From positions 1 through 51,707 of IMG/VR virus record IMGVR_UViG_3300037155_000078: 51,707 nt of DNA; one strand, given 5' to 3'. This stretch comes from a virus. Lineage: Duplodnaviria > Caudoviricetes. The notes under the pieces were generated by a model. The model did no database searches, was not told where the DNA came from, and saw only the letters and a program-made list of their open reading frames with translations. The position numbers were made by a program, and so were the translations under genes. Shown here one piece after another: positions 1 to 8,805 of this stretch; position 1 is the first letter of the stretch, and every line of letters starts with the position of its first letter.

Positions 1-127
1 CCGGTAGGATGGGGTCTTACCGCGCTTTGGGGTTGGTTGCGTCTTGTGCTAGTCTATTAGCCCTTGACCGACATTCAAGAAGATGGGAAACCGTCCAAGA
101 AGCAGCTCTCCGTCAGACTCGACTGGA
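1..127. repeat. Terminal direct repeat (circular overlap), copy 1
   Basis: 1-127 is identical to 51581-51707; 127 is a common maximal assembler k-mer, so the contig is circular. Confidence 0.95.
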
Positions 128-963
128 GTGCACGTTCCGGCCGCGACCCATCCCCGGCCGTCCACCCAGGCCCGGCCTTTCGCGGTGAGCAGTTCGGGCG
201 GGATATCGCGCGGCGACGTCGCGTACTCATACGAGCAACTGCAGAATGGCAGTTCGGCCGGCTGCTCGATCTCGTCGGTGTACGCGAGGCCGCCCTTCTT
301 GACGAGCCCCTCGGTCATCGCCCACGAGTCGCGCACGAGAAAGAGCTTCCCCGAACGCGCGAGATGCTCGGGCCGGGCGTCATATCCCCGATCGTGCTCG
401 CCCCGATCGTGCCAGATGCCGGCGACGGCGCCCTGACCGGTTGCGACCACATGCGCGACGGCGGCGCTCAACTTGTGCCCCTGGTCGATCGCGACGCGGC
501 GCCGTTCGAACTTCAGTTGCGCGATCGGCTTGCCGATGTCCCCGACGACGTCGCGGACGTTTGTCGTGGAACGTCCCCCGCGCGGCATCGAAGTCACCCA
601 CCCCGAGAAGCGCTGCAACGTCTTCTGAACGGCCGCCGCCTTGTTCAGCCGGATCAGGTCGACGCCGGCGAAGATCCGGCGATCGAGCTCGGCGCGCAGC
701 GTTGGAGCGATCCGGTCGAGCGTGTACCGGCTGACCCCGGGGACGCGCTTTTGGACGCCCTGGCGGTCGACGTCGCGCTTGTAGATCGTCGCCAGGATGG
801 TCGCGAGCTCGCGCCGGGTCGCATCATCACTCGGTAACTCTTGCTCTAGCGCACGGTGTAACCGTAACAACCAATCTTGGAGGTCGGCCTCGCTTGTATA
901 TCCATTGGCACTGAAAAACTGCAGTGCCTCTCGCAATAGTTCCTTGAAGCTGGCGGGCTTCAT
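49..963 (-). CDS. Head morphogenesis / minor head protein (Mu gpF / SPP1 gp7-like)
   Basis: RRVAIDQGHKL, YDARPEH and QPAELPFCSC motifs; lies downstream of portal; likely start ATG 963 (ATGA overlap with HNH stop). Confidence 0.85.
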   Translation of the reverse strand: MKPASFKELLREALQFFSANGYTSEADLQDWLLRLHRALEQELPSDDATRRELATILATIYKRDVDRQGVQKRVPGVSRYTLDRIAPTLRAELDRRIFAGVDLIRLNKAAAVQKTLQRFSGWVTSMPRGGRSTTNVRDVVGDIGKPIAQLKFERRRVAIDQGHKLSAAVAHVVATGQGAVAGIWHDRGEHDRGYDARPEHLARSGKLFLVRDSWAMTEGLVKKGGLAYTDEIEQPAELPFCSCSYEYATSPRDIPPELLTAKGRAWVDGRGWVAAGTCTPVESDGELLLGRFPIFLNVGQGLID

Positions 964-1427
964 CGGAGACGTTTGCGGCGTTCGCGCTGCCTGATAATCG
1001 CGCACGGCTTACAGTGCCGATGGCCGTCCTTTGAATGAAATACGTTATCGCCAGAAAAATTGTGGCCGTGTTTGCAACGAGTAATGCGTGCGCGAGCGCC
1101 TCCTGGTCCTGGTCTCCCTCGCCCCTTTGCAAACATATCGCGAATGTTGTCGGTGCGCGTGCCTAAGAAAAGATGCCTCGGGTTCACGCAAGGCGGGTTG
1201 TCGCATTTGTGCAAGACCCATAGGCCATCTGGTATCGGCCCGTTGTGAATCTCCCACGATAGGCGATGAGCGCGCGGTCCTTTCCCACCGAGGCAACCGT
1301 ACCCAAGTTCTCCTGCCCGCGCGCCGGTCCACTCCCAGCACCCGCGATCATCCATTGACGGAGCGACAAAGCGCCAGAATCTAGTTTCTAGCGGCGTAAT
1401 GGTGCGCGAAAAAGCAGTGTTTGGCAT
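960..1427 (-). CDS. Free-standing HNH homing endonuclease
   Basis: CWEWTG, AHRLSWEIHNGPIP, VLHKCDNPPCVNPRHLFLGT..DN; C-terminal CxxGH..CxxC. Confidence 0.92.
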   Translation of the reverse strand: MPNTAFSRTITPLETRFWRFVAPSMDDRGCWEWTGARAGELGYGCLGGKGPRAHRLSWEIHNGPIPDGLWVLHKCDNPPCVNPRHLFLGTRTDNIRDMFAKGRGRPGPGGARARITRCKHGHNFSGDNVFHSKDGHRHCKPCAIIRQRERRKRLR

Positions 1428-1442
1428 GCCTTTATTTTACCA
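1428..1442 (-). promoter_or_regulatory. Extended -10 promoter, probably leaderless, for the HNH gene
   Basis: Minus strand reads TGgTAAAAT-aaaggc-ATG(1427). Confidence 0.55.
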
Positions 1443-1444
1443 TA

Positions 1445-1948
1445 TTATGCGACCGCGAGTTCGAGCGGGATGCGATTCCGGCGACGATCAGCCCGATCGC
1501 GCGCCTGCGCAGCCGTCACCTTTGCATGACAACCGTGGCAGAGAGTCTCGAGGTTGTCGAGATGATGATGGCAACCCATCTCGCCGTGCTTTACGCCTTG
1601 CTCTACGAGCGGACGAATGTGGTTCACCTCAAGGCGATGTCGCGCATATAGCTGGTCGAGCGTCATGTAGCCAGTCGACTTAGCAGCTTCGCGCAATTCC
1701 TTCGAGGGTCGTCCGTTGGATTTGCATTTCACGCAACGGCCTCCATCGCGTTTGAGTGCCGCGGCGCGGGCTGCACCGAAGTCATGGTTATCGTAGATCG
1801 CGTGAAAATGTGCATCGGCACAATCGTCGGAGCACCAGCGACGGCGCTGTTTGGGAAGCGGCTTCCCGCATGACGCTAGATCGCAGCGCCCCTTCTCGTT
1901 GAGCAGCTTCGGGATCAGCGGACAGTCGGCCGCATAGCGCATTGGCAC
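1445..1948 (-). CDS. HNH endonuclease with N-terminal Zn finger
   Basis: RDGGRCVKC, LEVNHIRPL, NLETLCHGCH. Confidence 0.85.
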   Translation of the reverse strand: MPMRYAADCPLIPKLLNEKGRCDLASCGKPLPKQRRRWCSDDCADAHFHAIYDNHDFGAARAAALKRDGGRCVKCKSNGRPSKELREAAKSTGYMTLDQLYARHRLEVNHIRPLVEQGVKHGEMGCHHHLDNLETLCHGCHAKVTAAQARDRADRRRNRIPLELAVA

Positions 1949-3423
1949 TAGGACCTCGCTGAGAAGGTCGCGGGCTCGCGCGGCTCTTTCTCGAGATCCC
2001 CGGGCGCCGGATCGTTCGCGTGCTCCTCGAGGTACGCCGCAAGCGCATCCTCATCGAGGTCGAGCTTGCTCGCGAACAGCTCCTCGCGCTCGTTCGCGTT
2101 CTCAGCCGCCCACATAAAGAGCTTCGCTTTGTTCTCGGGATCGAGTTGCGGCCCCATCGTTTCGAGCAGCGCGACGACGGCCTTGAACTGAACGTCGGCC
2201 GTTTTGCTCTTCTCCGACTCCGGCTCAATTAAGACGTTCGGCCAGGTCGCAGAGAACGCGCGCGTCCATTCGTGCAACGCCGTCTCGTAATCCATCGCCC
2301 GGTACTCGCGATAGTCCGACTTCAGCGATTCATAGAACTCAGTCGACCACGCGATTCGCTGCACGAGCCGATCGAGGAACGCATACGCGGGTTCCATCTC
2401 CTCGCGGATGTCGTTGAGATACGACGCCTCTTTTTTCGCATCTTCGGTTCCCTCGCCGAACCCTTCGGTGAGGGTTTCCTGGGCGATGATGGACGCCGGC
2501 ATACCGGCCGCAGTCGCGATGTTCTTGATGCAGTTCTCGCGCGCAAAGCGGGCGGCCGGCTCGAGATGCTCGAGTTTTAAGGCTTCGACCTCTTCCTCGA
2601 TTCCGATCTGCAGAACCTGATTCGTGACGCCCGCCTTGATCTGCTGGCGCTTCCACCCGAACATCGAGGTCATGATGTTGTCGATGAAACTGCCCGGAGA
2701 CACCATCTTGGCAACCAGTAATCCGGCTTTTTGCGTCACCATCTGATCGGTCACCATCGTCTGGATGAACGTCTTGAGCGGGTAGAGCGCGCCCTGATAG
2801 ACGCTTCTGCCGACAAACCCAAAGGCCGAATTCGTCCATTCGATGTACAGCGGATCGCCGTTCATCCTTGCGACGGTGCGGCTCGGATGCCACCGCTTGC
2901 CGTTCACGAATAGCTCGCCCTGCTTGAGAAAGAGCGCAGAGTTCGGGTCCTGGTTGAGCACGAGACTCCCGGCCGTGTTCAAGGGGTCGAACACGTTGAA
3001 GTAAAGTCGATCGGGGTCGAGCTTGCTCAGATCGAGCGGCGTTGCGGAGTCTTTGTCGCGCTCGCCGGCGGCGATCGAAGCGATACCGTACGCGCGCGAA
3101 AGCGTCATCAGGTTGCGGATGATCTTGGTCGCGCCGATCTTGCCGATCGTTTTCCACGTCTCTTCGAATTGCTGGATGATCCGCTTCTCGCCCAAGACCG
3201 GAATGCTGAGGATTCTGGCTTGCCCTTGCGCGCGCTTGATGGGAGCCTCGGCAAGGACTATTCCGATTGGGTGGTACGCGAGGATCGTCTTGCAGGTTTG
3301 GTACGACGGCGCTGTGCCCGGCATGATCTCCGGGGCCATGAGCAGATTGACGAGTTCGGAGCCGAGATTGGTGAGCCCAATTGTTGCGAACCCCGCGTCG
3401 GCGTTGACGCCCGCCTCGAACAC
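1948..3423 (-). CDS. Portal protein (DUF1073-type)
   Basis: 491 aa downstream of TerL; HPSR, FGFVGRSVYQ, NIATAAGMPA, GFGEGTED motifs typical of this portal family. Confidence 0.88.
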   Translation of the reverse strand: MFEAGVNADAGFATIGLTNLGSELVNLLMAPEIMPGTAPSYQTCKTILAYHPIGIVLAEAPIKRAQGQARILSIPVLGEKRIIQQFEETWKTIGKIGATKIIRNLMTLSRAYGIASIAAGERDKDSATPLDLSKLDPDRLYFNVFDPLNTAGSLVLNQDPNSALFLKQGELFVNGKRWHPSRTVARMNGDPLYIEWTNSAFGFVGRSVYQGALYPLKTFIQTMVTDQMVTQKAGLLVAKMVSPGSFIDNIMTSMFGWKRQQIKAGVTNQVLQIGIEEEVEALKLEHLEPAARFARENCIKNIATAAGMPASIIAQETLTEGFGEGTEDAKKEASYLNDIREEMEPAYAFLDRLVQRIAWSTEFYESLKSDYREYRAMDYETALHEWTRAFSATWPNVLIEPESEKSKTADVQFKAVVALLETMGPQLDPENKAKLFMWAAENANEREELFASKLDLDEDALAAYLEEHANDPAPGDLEKEPREPATFSARS

Positions 3424-3702
3424 TTACGCTGTCGCCCGCTCTGCGAGCCAAGAAAAGAGACGCTGCCCCCAATACGTGTGGCAGATGCGGTGATCGATGC
3501 GCTCGCAGAACCACCAAATGAAGCGCTCGAGCAACTCGAAGCCGACGCCGATATACGGCGCGAAACGCGATTCGCGGTACGGGACCGTCGTATCGCAGAC
3601 GCGCTCAGCCCAACGATGCGCCTTTATCTCACGGCCGGCTTCCTCGTAGCCCCGGCGAAACTCGGGGTCCTTTAGGTCCTCCGCGAGACGCGCTTCGAAC
3701 AT
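3424..3702 (-). CDS. Small protein with HigA/XRE-antitoxin-like N-terminal segment
   Basis: FEARLAEDLKDPEFRRGYEEA; packed exactly between neighbours; no HTH seen. Confidence 0.55.
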   Translation of the reverse strand: MFEARLAEDLKDPEFRRGYEEAGREIKAHRWAERVCDTTVPYRESRFAPYIGVGFELLERFIWWFCERIDHRICHTYWGQRLFSWLAERATA

Positions 3703-3918
3703 TTAGTCGGCCGCCGGATATGTCTGAAACGGCGGCGACCACTGCGTGTACTGAACATGCACGGTGCCGCAAGCAGCCGAGGTTCGCGGATTGCACGTCA
3801 CGCACGTTCCCGGGTACGGACAGTCAGGTAGCGAGTAGACGCGCTGCCATTCGCGGCCCATCTGAAAACCGATAAACATCACGGCGAGAACGAGGGCGAT
3901 GAATTCGGCGGCGCCCAT
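3703..3918 (-). CDS. Small membrane-anchored Cys-rich protein
   Basis: N-terminal hydrophobic helix, CPYPGTCVTC; abuts neighbours. Confidence 0.6.
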   Translation of the reverse strand: MGAAEFIALVLAVMFIGFQMGREWQRVYSLPDCPYPGTCVTCNPRTSAACGTVHVQYTQWSPPFQTYPAAD

Positions 3919-4188
3919 TCAGAGGCTTTCGAGAAGAGGCAAAAACTTCGCCACAAGTATGAGCACGATGATTAGCGCCAGCACGAGGTACGCGAGCTGC
4001 TTGAAGGTCGCATCCATCGGGACTCTATCGATGATCACCTTGACGATCGCGAAGATGATGCCCGCGACGATGAGCCACACTAGAAGCCAGATGAGCGCGT
4101 GGACGCCGACGGCGGCCAAAACAAACGGCGTGGCGCTGGATACTATCGCGACGAACGCGAAGATGAAGATCCCGAGAATTGCAGTCAT
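3919..4188 (-). CDS. Small multi-pass membrane protein
   Basis: Three hydrophobic segments; TAATG coupling to TerL stop. Confidence 0.7.
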   Translation of the reverse strand: MTAILGIFIFAFVAIVSSATPFVLAAVGVHALIWLLVWLIVAGIIFAIVKVIIDRVPMDATFKQLAYLVLALIIVLILVAKFLPLLESL

Positions 4189-5696
4189 TAGATGCCTTTC
4201 CGTTCGCCGGCGTTCGAGCCGTGCGTGATGCTGACGAGGTATGTGAAAGTGTCGAGTAGGTCATCGGCTTCGTCGCCTTTACGACCGATTCTAAAATCCG
4301 AGACCTGCGTGATGAGATGGTTCGCCGAGTGCCCCTTGTGTACCGTCACCTTATCGAATGCTTCCTTGGTCATCTTGACGCCCCCGGCAATGACGTATGG
4401 GCTCGCCGAGATCGCCCTTTCATCTTTTCCGAGAGCCGTGAGCTTTGAGTCGATTGCATACGCCGGGGCGTGCTTCCCCTGAGCCCGGAGATTCGCGGCC
4501 TGTTGGATGAGGACCGTTCCGGTCGCTTTGTCCTCTATGAAGGCCCCCGCTACGCCCCGCCGAGCACCGCAGTACCGCGCGAGTTCTTCGAGCCGGACGT
4601 AGACATTCGGGAGCCAGTCCGCCTGCGCCGCGCCTTCGATCTGCACGAGGTCCCAATCGAGGATGAGCGTCATTTTCGGCTTTGTGAGCGAGTTGTAACT
4701 GAAATACGTGACGGCCGTTGAGTCGTGCTGCTTGCCGCTCTTGATCGCGGTGTCGATAATCGCCCCAACGCTATCGCATCGGTCGGGCATAGGGACCGGC
4801 TGCCCGTCGACGAGCAGGTCATCGATGTTGAAGAACGATGCGCCGCGCGGTCGCGGATCCTGCTGGTACAGCGCGCCCCAAACGTACTCGCCAACGTTGG
4901 CGCGAATGCGCGCGAGCGCTTCCTCGTCCTGCCATGCTGGCCAGAGTGCCGCGCCGAGCGGACGCCCGAGCGGATCGTCGACCGAGTCGCAGAGCGCCGG
5001 CATGTTCACGACCGTCCACCGGTCGCCGCCGTCCGCTTGCGCAGCTAAGAGGCGACCAGCGAGGTCGTCTGAGTTCCATCGTGTTTGTATTACCACTACG
5101 CGTGCGCCCGGCAAAAGGCGGGTGTACACCTCGGCCTGATACCAATTCCACGCGGTGTCGCGAACGGTTTTTGATTCCGCTTCCGCCGCACCCTTGATCG
5201 GATCGTCGATGATGAAAAGTGCGGCTCGCCGTCCGGTTATGCTGCCGCCGACACCCGCTGCACGGTAGTTGCCGCCGTTGGTCGTTCGCCAATCGGAGAC
5301 ATTCTCGCTTCGCAGTTGGTAGCCCAAGACGCGCGAGAAGTGCCGTATGTAATCCTGGATTCGCCCGCTAAAATTCTTCGCGAGTTCGTCGCCGTGGCTT
5401 GCGCCGATGATGTCCATGTTCGGGCGCTGCGCAAAGAACCACGCTGGGAACAGGATCGAGCAATACGTCGACTTCGCTGACCCTGGGGGAAGCAACACCA
5501 GGAGCCGGTCTATCTCACCGGTCGCGACCTTCTCTAGATTTTGGAGTAGTACCCGGTGGTGCGCTGCCGGTGTCTGCCCCCGCGGCGCCAGCGCCCGAAT
5601 CGTCCACGCGACCAGATCCGTCCGGCACAGGTTGTCCCAAGATTGTGCGCTTGTAAGCCTCGGTCTGGGCTGCGCGCTCGTCGTCGGTGAGCTCAT
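4188..5696 (-). CDS. terL: Terminase large subunit
   Basis: Walker A-like PPGSAKST, ITGRRA, Walker B FIIDDP, IQTRW coupling motif, nuclease DTA..HD and C-terminal DDLLD. Confidence 0.96.
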   Translation of the reverse strand: MSSPTTSAQPRPRLTSAQSWDNLCRTDLVAWTIRALAPRGQTPAAHHRVLLQNLEKVATGEIDRLLVLLPPGSAKSTYCSILFPAWFFAQRPNMDIIGASHGDELAKNFSGRIQDYIRHFSRVLGYQLRSENVSDWRTTNGGNYRAAGVGGSITGRRAALFIIDDPIKGAAEAESKTVRDTAWNWYQAEVYTRLLPGARVVVIQTRWNSDDLAGRLLAAQADGGDRWTVVNMPALCDSVDDPLGRPLGAALWPAWQDEEALARIRANVGEYVWGALYQQDPRPRGASFFNIDDLLVDGQPVPMPDRCDSVGAIIDTAIKSGKQHDSTAVTYFSYNSLTKPKMTLILDWDLVQIEGAAQADWLPNVYVRLEELARYCGARRGVAGAFIEDKATGTVLIQQAANLRAQGKHAPAYAIDSKLTALGKDERAISASPYVIAGGVKMTKEAFDKVTVHKGHSANHLITQVSDFRIGRKGDEADDLLDTFTYLVSITHGSNAGERKGI

Positions 5697-6045
5697 CGTC
5701 AGTCTCTAAGACAATCTTCTGCACGGGGCCGTAGTCCTGCCGGAAGCGGCGCTCCAGGTGAAACTCTGAGTTCGACGATCCCTTCCCGCCGCCCAAGGAC
5801 CGCACGACGAGATTCTTCATAGCCCTCGCGCGCGCGCGCGTCACTTGCGCGGCAAAAGCCGGGAACTTCTCGACCCACTCTCGCACGGTCGCATCGGGAA
5901 CGCCTTCGGCCTCAGCTGCTGGACGAAGAGGCATGGCAAGTTCGAGGTTGTCGCATATCGCCTTAGCGAGTGCGGACTCGACTTCGGTCTTTGGAGGACG
6001 GCCGGTCTTGAGTTTGTCCTCGGGTCGTTTTCGGGGTGTCGCCAT
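5515..6045 (-). CDS. terS: Terminase small subunit
   Basis: GRPPK, HTH-like AAEAEGVPDATVREW, LERRF..DYG; directly upstream of and overlapping terL. Confidence 0.8.
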   Translation of the reverse strand: MATPRKRPEDKLKTGRPPKTEVESALAKAICDNLELAMPLRPAAEAEGVPDATVREWVEKFPAFAAQVTRARARAMKNLVVRSLGGGKGSSNSEFHLERRFRQDYGPVQKIVLETDDELTDDERAAQTEAYKRTILGQPVPDGSGRVDDSGAGAAGADTGSAPPGTTPKSREGRDR

Positions 6046-6349
6046 GCAGGCGCTCTGCCTTCCCTCCCGTCAGATGCTGCCACCTTTCGACGACGACGTC
6101 GACATAGGCCGGATCAAGCTCGACCATGCGGCAAACCCGGTCCGATGCCTCGCACGCGATAAGCGTCGACCCCGACCCGCCGAACGGGTCCAGAATGATC
6201 GAACCGTTCGGACTCCCGTCGCCTAGAAGTCGCTCGAGCAAGGCGACCGGCTTCATAGTCGGGTGAAGGTCGGACTTGTGCGGCCTATCGTACTCCAGCA
6301 CGGTCGATGAAGTCGGCGGCCCATAAAACCTATGCCGCTGCGGCCAGCC
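5963..6349 (-). pseudogene. 5'-truncated N6/N4 DNA methyltransferase (C-terminal part only)
   Basis: GW..RHRFYG, HPTMKPVALL, ILDPFGGSGST, ELDPAYVDV; in-frame TGA just upstream; no catalytic DPPY half. Confidence 0.8.
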
Positions 6350-6482
6350 TTTTCAGCGTGTCGCCATATAAGGCGACGATGCGCTCTGCGTGCCGAGCCA
6401 ACGGGTCGCGGTATCCTTCCGATGAGTTCGGCTCAAGGTAGTGCGCCTCGCCGTCTTCGTCAATGAAAACGAACAGCGTCAT
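6330..6482 (-). CDS. 50-aa protein with antitoxin-like C-terminal helix
   Basis: MTLFVFIDE...AERIVALYGDTLKRLA; TGATG coupling. Confidence 0.5.
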   Translation of the reverse strand: MTLFVFIDEDGEAHYLEPNSSEGYRDPLARHAERIVALYGDTLKRLAAAA

Positions 6483-6670
6483 CAACTCGGCTCCAGCGCG
6501 GCGTCGATTTCGGCGGCGTCGTACACGTCCCATTCGTAGCCGTCGTCGTTAACGACAACCTTGCCAGGCACCGCCCGCACCCGCTCGACCGCAGCCCGTA
6601 AGCGCGCGACCTCGGCTTGTGCGGCTTCAAATTTCTCATAAGCGATGCCGAGCGAGCGAGGCCGTTTCAT
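6482..6670 (-). CDS. Hypothetical protein, paralog of the C-terminus of 9755..10516
   Basis: AEVARL, ERVRAV and YDAAEIDAALE shared with 9755..10516. Confidence 0.7.
   Translation of the reverse strand: MKRPRSLGIAYEKFEAAQAEVARLRAAVERVRAVPGKVVVNDDGYEWDVYDAAEIDAALEPS
6491..6527 (-). repeat. Array repeat R4 (second copy 9767-9803)
   Basis: 35/37 nt identical; further identical blocks 6569-6588=9845-9864 and 6602-6618=9959-9975. Confidence 0.9.
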
Positions 6671-6876
6671 GTTGCCCACGAATCGTAGCAGCTAGGTCCT
6701 CGGCTATGTTCGCAGCTCATAATCGGGCAGCGGCATGGAACATAGTTGACCGACAGGAAATGTGGGCCGTAGTTGGTGGTGGCATTAACCTGCGCTCCGA
6801 GTATGCAGGTCGGATTCATGCACACGACTGTTCCGGGGCCGTTGACGGTTTGGCAGCGCGGACAAATCCAGGGCAT
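6667..6876 (-). CDS. Small Cys-rich (Zn-finger-like) protein
   Basis: WICPRCQTVN..C..C; coupled to neighbours. Confidence 0.6.
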   Translation of the reverse strand: MPWICPRCQTVNGPGTVVCMNPTCILGAQVNATTNYGPHFLSVNYVPCRCPIMSCEHSRGPSCYDSWAT

Positions 6877-7557
6877 TTACTCACTTACCTTTCGTTGCCG
6901 GGCATACTCTTGGTTTGACACCCTCGCATCGTCTTCATCTTTGTGGACGGCGCGGAGAAGAGCATCTGAGTACAACAATCTTGGGCCCCCGCGCTTTCCG
7001 GTCGTAGGGATTTCGTCTGGCTTAGGAAGCGGAACGTATTGCGTTGGGCCACCATATCCTCGAATCCAGACGCTCCACGCAACCTCCATTGTTAGAGCGC
7101 CGCCCTTCGACCCAAAGAGGAAGTCTGGTCGCCAAGTTAGCGGCATAATAGCACTAGGCGGATGTTCGTGAAACAATTTATAGCGACGAGCCGCGTGCCA
7201 ATACTGACTCTTCAGGAGAAGCGCAACTCCGATGCGCGGATTCCACGCAAGGGCAGATTTAATGAACGCTTCTGACTGTGAAAACGGCGGGTTTGTAATA
7301 ATCCAATCAATCCCGGCGTAAGGCGTCCTTTTTGTGAAATCGAACCCGTCCGGGTAAAGATCACCAAAAGTCAGAATAGCGCCAAGTTCCTGCAAGGCAT
7401 GCACCATGTGCCCTTTCCCCGCCGCGGGTTCATAGACTCGCTTCCCCGCAAGGTTGAGAACATAAGCCAGCGCGATTGTGGCTTCGCGCGGCGTAGCGTA
7501 AAAGTCGGTTCCGTTCCGATCTGCCGCAGAAGCATTGGTAAGCGTTCGGCCATTCAT
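6877..7557 (-). CDS. DNA adenine methyltransferase-like protein
   Basis: DFYATP, YEPAAGKG (SAM binding), ITNPPF (catalytic), WRPDF. Confidence 0.88.
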   Translation of the reverse strand: MNGRTLTNASAADRNGTDFYATPREATIALAYVLNLAGKRVYEPAAGKGHMVHALQELGAILTFGDLYPDGFDFTKRTPYAGIDWIITNPPFSQSEAFIKSALAWNPRIGVALLLKSQYWHAARRYKLFHEHPPSAIMPLTWRPDFLFGSKGGALTMEVAWSVWIRGYGGPTQYVPLPKPDEIPTTGKRGGPRLLYSDALLRAVHKDEDDARVSNQEYARQRKVSE

Positions 7558-7567
7558 AGTGTCACCA

Positions 7568-7822
7568 TCACACCGTCTCCTGGTGGTCGCTGCTGGCTGG
7601 CTGTTGGGCGGGCTTCAGAGGAGGGTACGGCTCCAATGCGTTCCATTCGTCGCGCCCGAAGGTGAACGTGTTGAGGTAGTCGTCGCCGCTCCAATTATTG
7701 TTGCGCGCGATTACCCGCGCGTCCGGCGGCGATGACTCGTCTGGGACGAACGAAGCCGTCCAGACTATATAGCCGTCCTGGTGAGTCGCGCAGTTGAGGC
7801 AGCGACAAATACGGGCGCTCAT
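7568..7822 (-). CDS. Hypothetical protein ending QQPASSDHQETV
   Basis: ATGA coupling; C-terminus shared with 8805..9095. Confidence 0.7.
   Translation of the reverse strand: MSARICRCLNCATHQDGYIVWTASFVPDESSPPDARVIARNNNWSGDDYLNTFTFGRDEWNALEPYPPLKPAQQPASSDHQETV
7570..7610 (-). repeat. Array repeat R1 (copy 8807-8847; partial copy 8607-8622)
   Basis: 40/41 nt identical; contains AGGAG Shine-Dalgarno for the next gene. Confidence 0.92.
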
Positions 7823-7863
7823 TTCACCCTCCGTGCTCGTCTTGCTGCGTCGGCGTCCCAGGC
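7817..7863 (-). repeat. Array repeat R2 (copy 9090-9136)
   Basis: 42/47 nt identical; encodes AWDAxAARRARRVK and carries GGAGG plus the next start codon. Confidence 0.9.
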
Positions 7864-8043
7864 AACGCGTTCACTTGGGCTCAGAAGGCGACGCGCGGCG
7901 GCGTCGGCGCGGAACCACTGCTCGGCCGAGATCGAGCGCGCTCGGCGCATCCGCGTCGATACCCAGCGGGGTACGTGGTGGGTCGCCAGCATGACCACGA
8001 CGACGACGGCGAGCACGATGGGGACGACGGCTAGGCCGTTCAT
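7819..8043 (-). CDS. Small single-pass membrane protein (MNG family, copy 1)
   Basis: MNG start, hydrophobic helix, Arg-rich tail. Confidence 0.75.
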   Translation of the reverse strand: MNGLAVVPIVLAVVVVVMLATHHVPRWVSTRMRRARSISAEQWFRADAAARRLLSPSERVAWDADAARRARRVK

Positions 8044-8080
8044 GGCTTGCCCTCGGTCAGACGCGCTGCTAGGGTGGCGA
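8035..8080 (-). repeat. Array repeat R3 (copy 9290-9326)
   Basis: 15 nt identical, a 9-nt indel, then 20/22 identical; spans the LAARL..KP*/MNG junction. Confidence 0.85.
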
Positions 8081-8150
8081 GGACGGTGCGGGCCTGGTCG
8101 TGATACGAGTGCGACAAGTCGCGCCGCAGCGCCTGAGAAACCGTGATCAC
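8040..8150 (-). CDS. Very small hypothetical protein
   Basis: GTGA-coupled start at 8150; ends LAARLTEGKP like LAARLKP of 9295..9675. Confidence 0.5.
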   Translation of the reverse strand: MITVSQALRRDLSHSYHDQARTVLATLAARLTEGKP

Positions 8151-8602
8151 GAATGGTTTGAGGGGGTCGAAAAGAACCGTAGCAGGTCGCCGCGCTCGGT
8201 AAAAATCTTCGTCCCCATCAGCCACATTAGTTCAGGCTCGAATGAGCGACCATTGGCATACGGTGCATCGGGTATGTACGCAACCGCTATTTTCGCCGCG
8301 CCTTTCGCCCAGCCGAACTCCATGTTAGCCGAGATTCCGGCAGGCATTACAAGAACGCAAGCATCACACCGTTCCAACGCGCCCATGTCCTCTTTGAATC
8401 CGGCTATCGCGATGGGGTCGGCAAGCGTCTTGAGAAGCGTGGACGGTTTATCCGGTCGTCCAGTCCAGGTTTGTTCCCAGCCGAATCCAGAACGGTTCGG
8501 CGGGTTCTTGAAGTCGTAGACCTCATGGCCGAGATCACGCAGCAATCCTACAATCTCAGGTTGTTCTTCGTTGCGCCAGGACGACGCGACGTATATTTTC
8601 AC
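8147..8602 (-). CDS. Nucleoside 2-deoxyribosyltransferase-like protein
   Basis: MKIYVASSWRN, GHEVYDF, CDACVLV, SANMEFGWA. Confidence 0.8.
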   Translation of the reverse strand: MKIYVASSWRNEEQPEIVGLLRDLGHEVYDFKNPPNRSGFGWEQTWTGRPDKPSTLLKTLADPIAIAGFKEDMGALERCDACVLVMPAGISANMEFGWAKGAAKIAVAYIPDAPYANGRSFEPELMWLMGTKIFTERGDLLRFFSTPSNHS

Positions 8603-8805
8603 AGCCCCGTCTCCTGGCGGTCCTGGTTTGTGTTCATCGCTTGTTCAGCCGCGTCGTCTTCCGCGGCAATCGAGCACTCTAAGCATAACCCAGAAGCACC
8701 GAGGTCGTCCTCGCAACCAAATCCGTTGCCGCATTCTTCGCAGTAGCCTTCGCCGTCGAGAAAGTTGTTGTACGCCCTATACGCCATAGCGGGCCAAACA
8801 AGCAT
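8599..8805 (-). CDS. Small Zn-ribbon-like protein
   Basis: CEECG..CLEC; coupled at both ends; ends DRQETGL. Confidence 0.6.
   Translation of the reverse strand: MLVWPAMAYRAYNNFLDGEGYCEECGNGFGCEDDLGASGLCLECSIAAEDDAAEQAMNTNQDRQETGL

Noticed and set aside
1948-3423. Anti-CBASS Acb1 label that databases may attach to this family
   Set aside because: Position and size indicate portal; no fused 2H-phosphoesterase domain with paired HxT motifs seen
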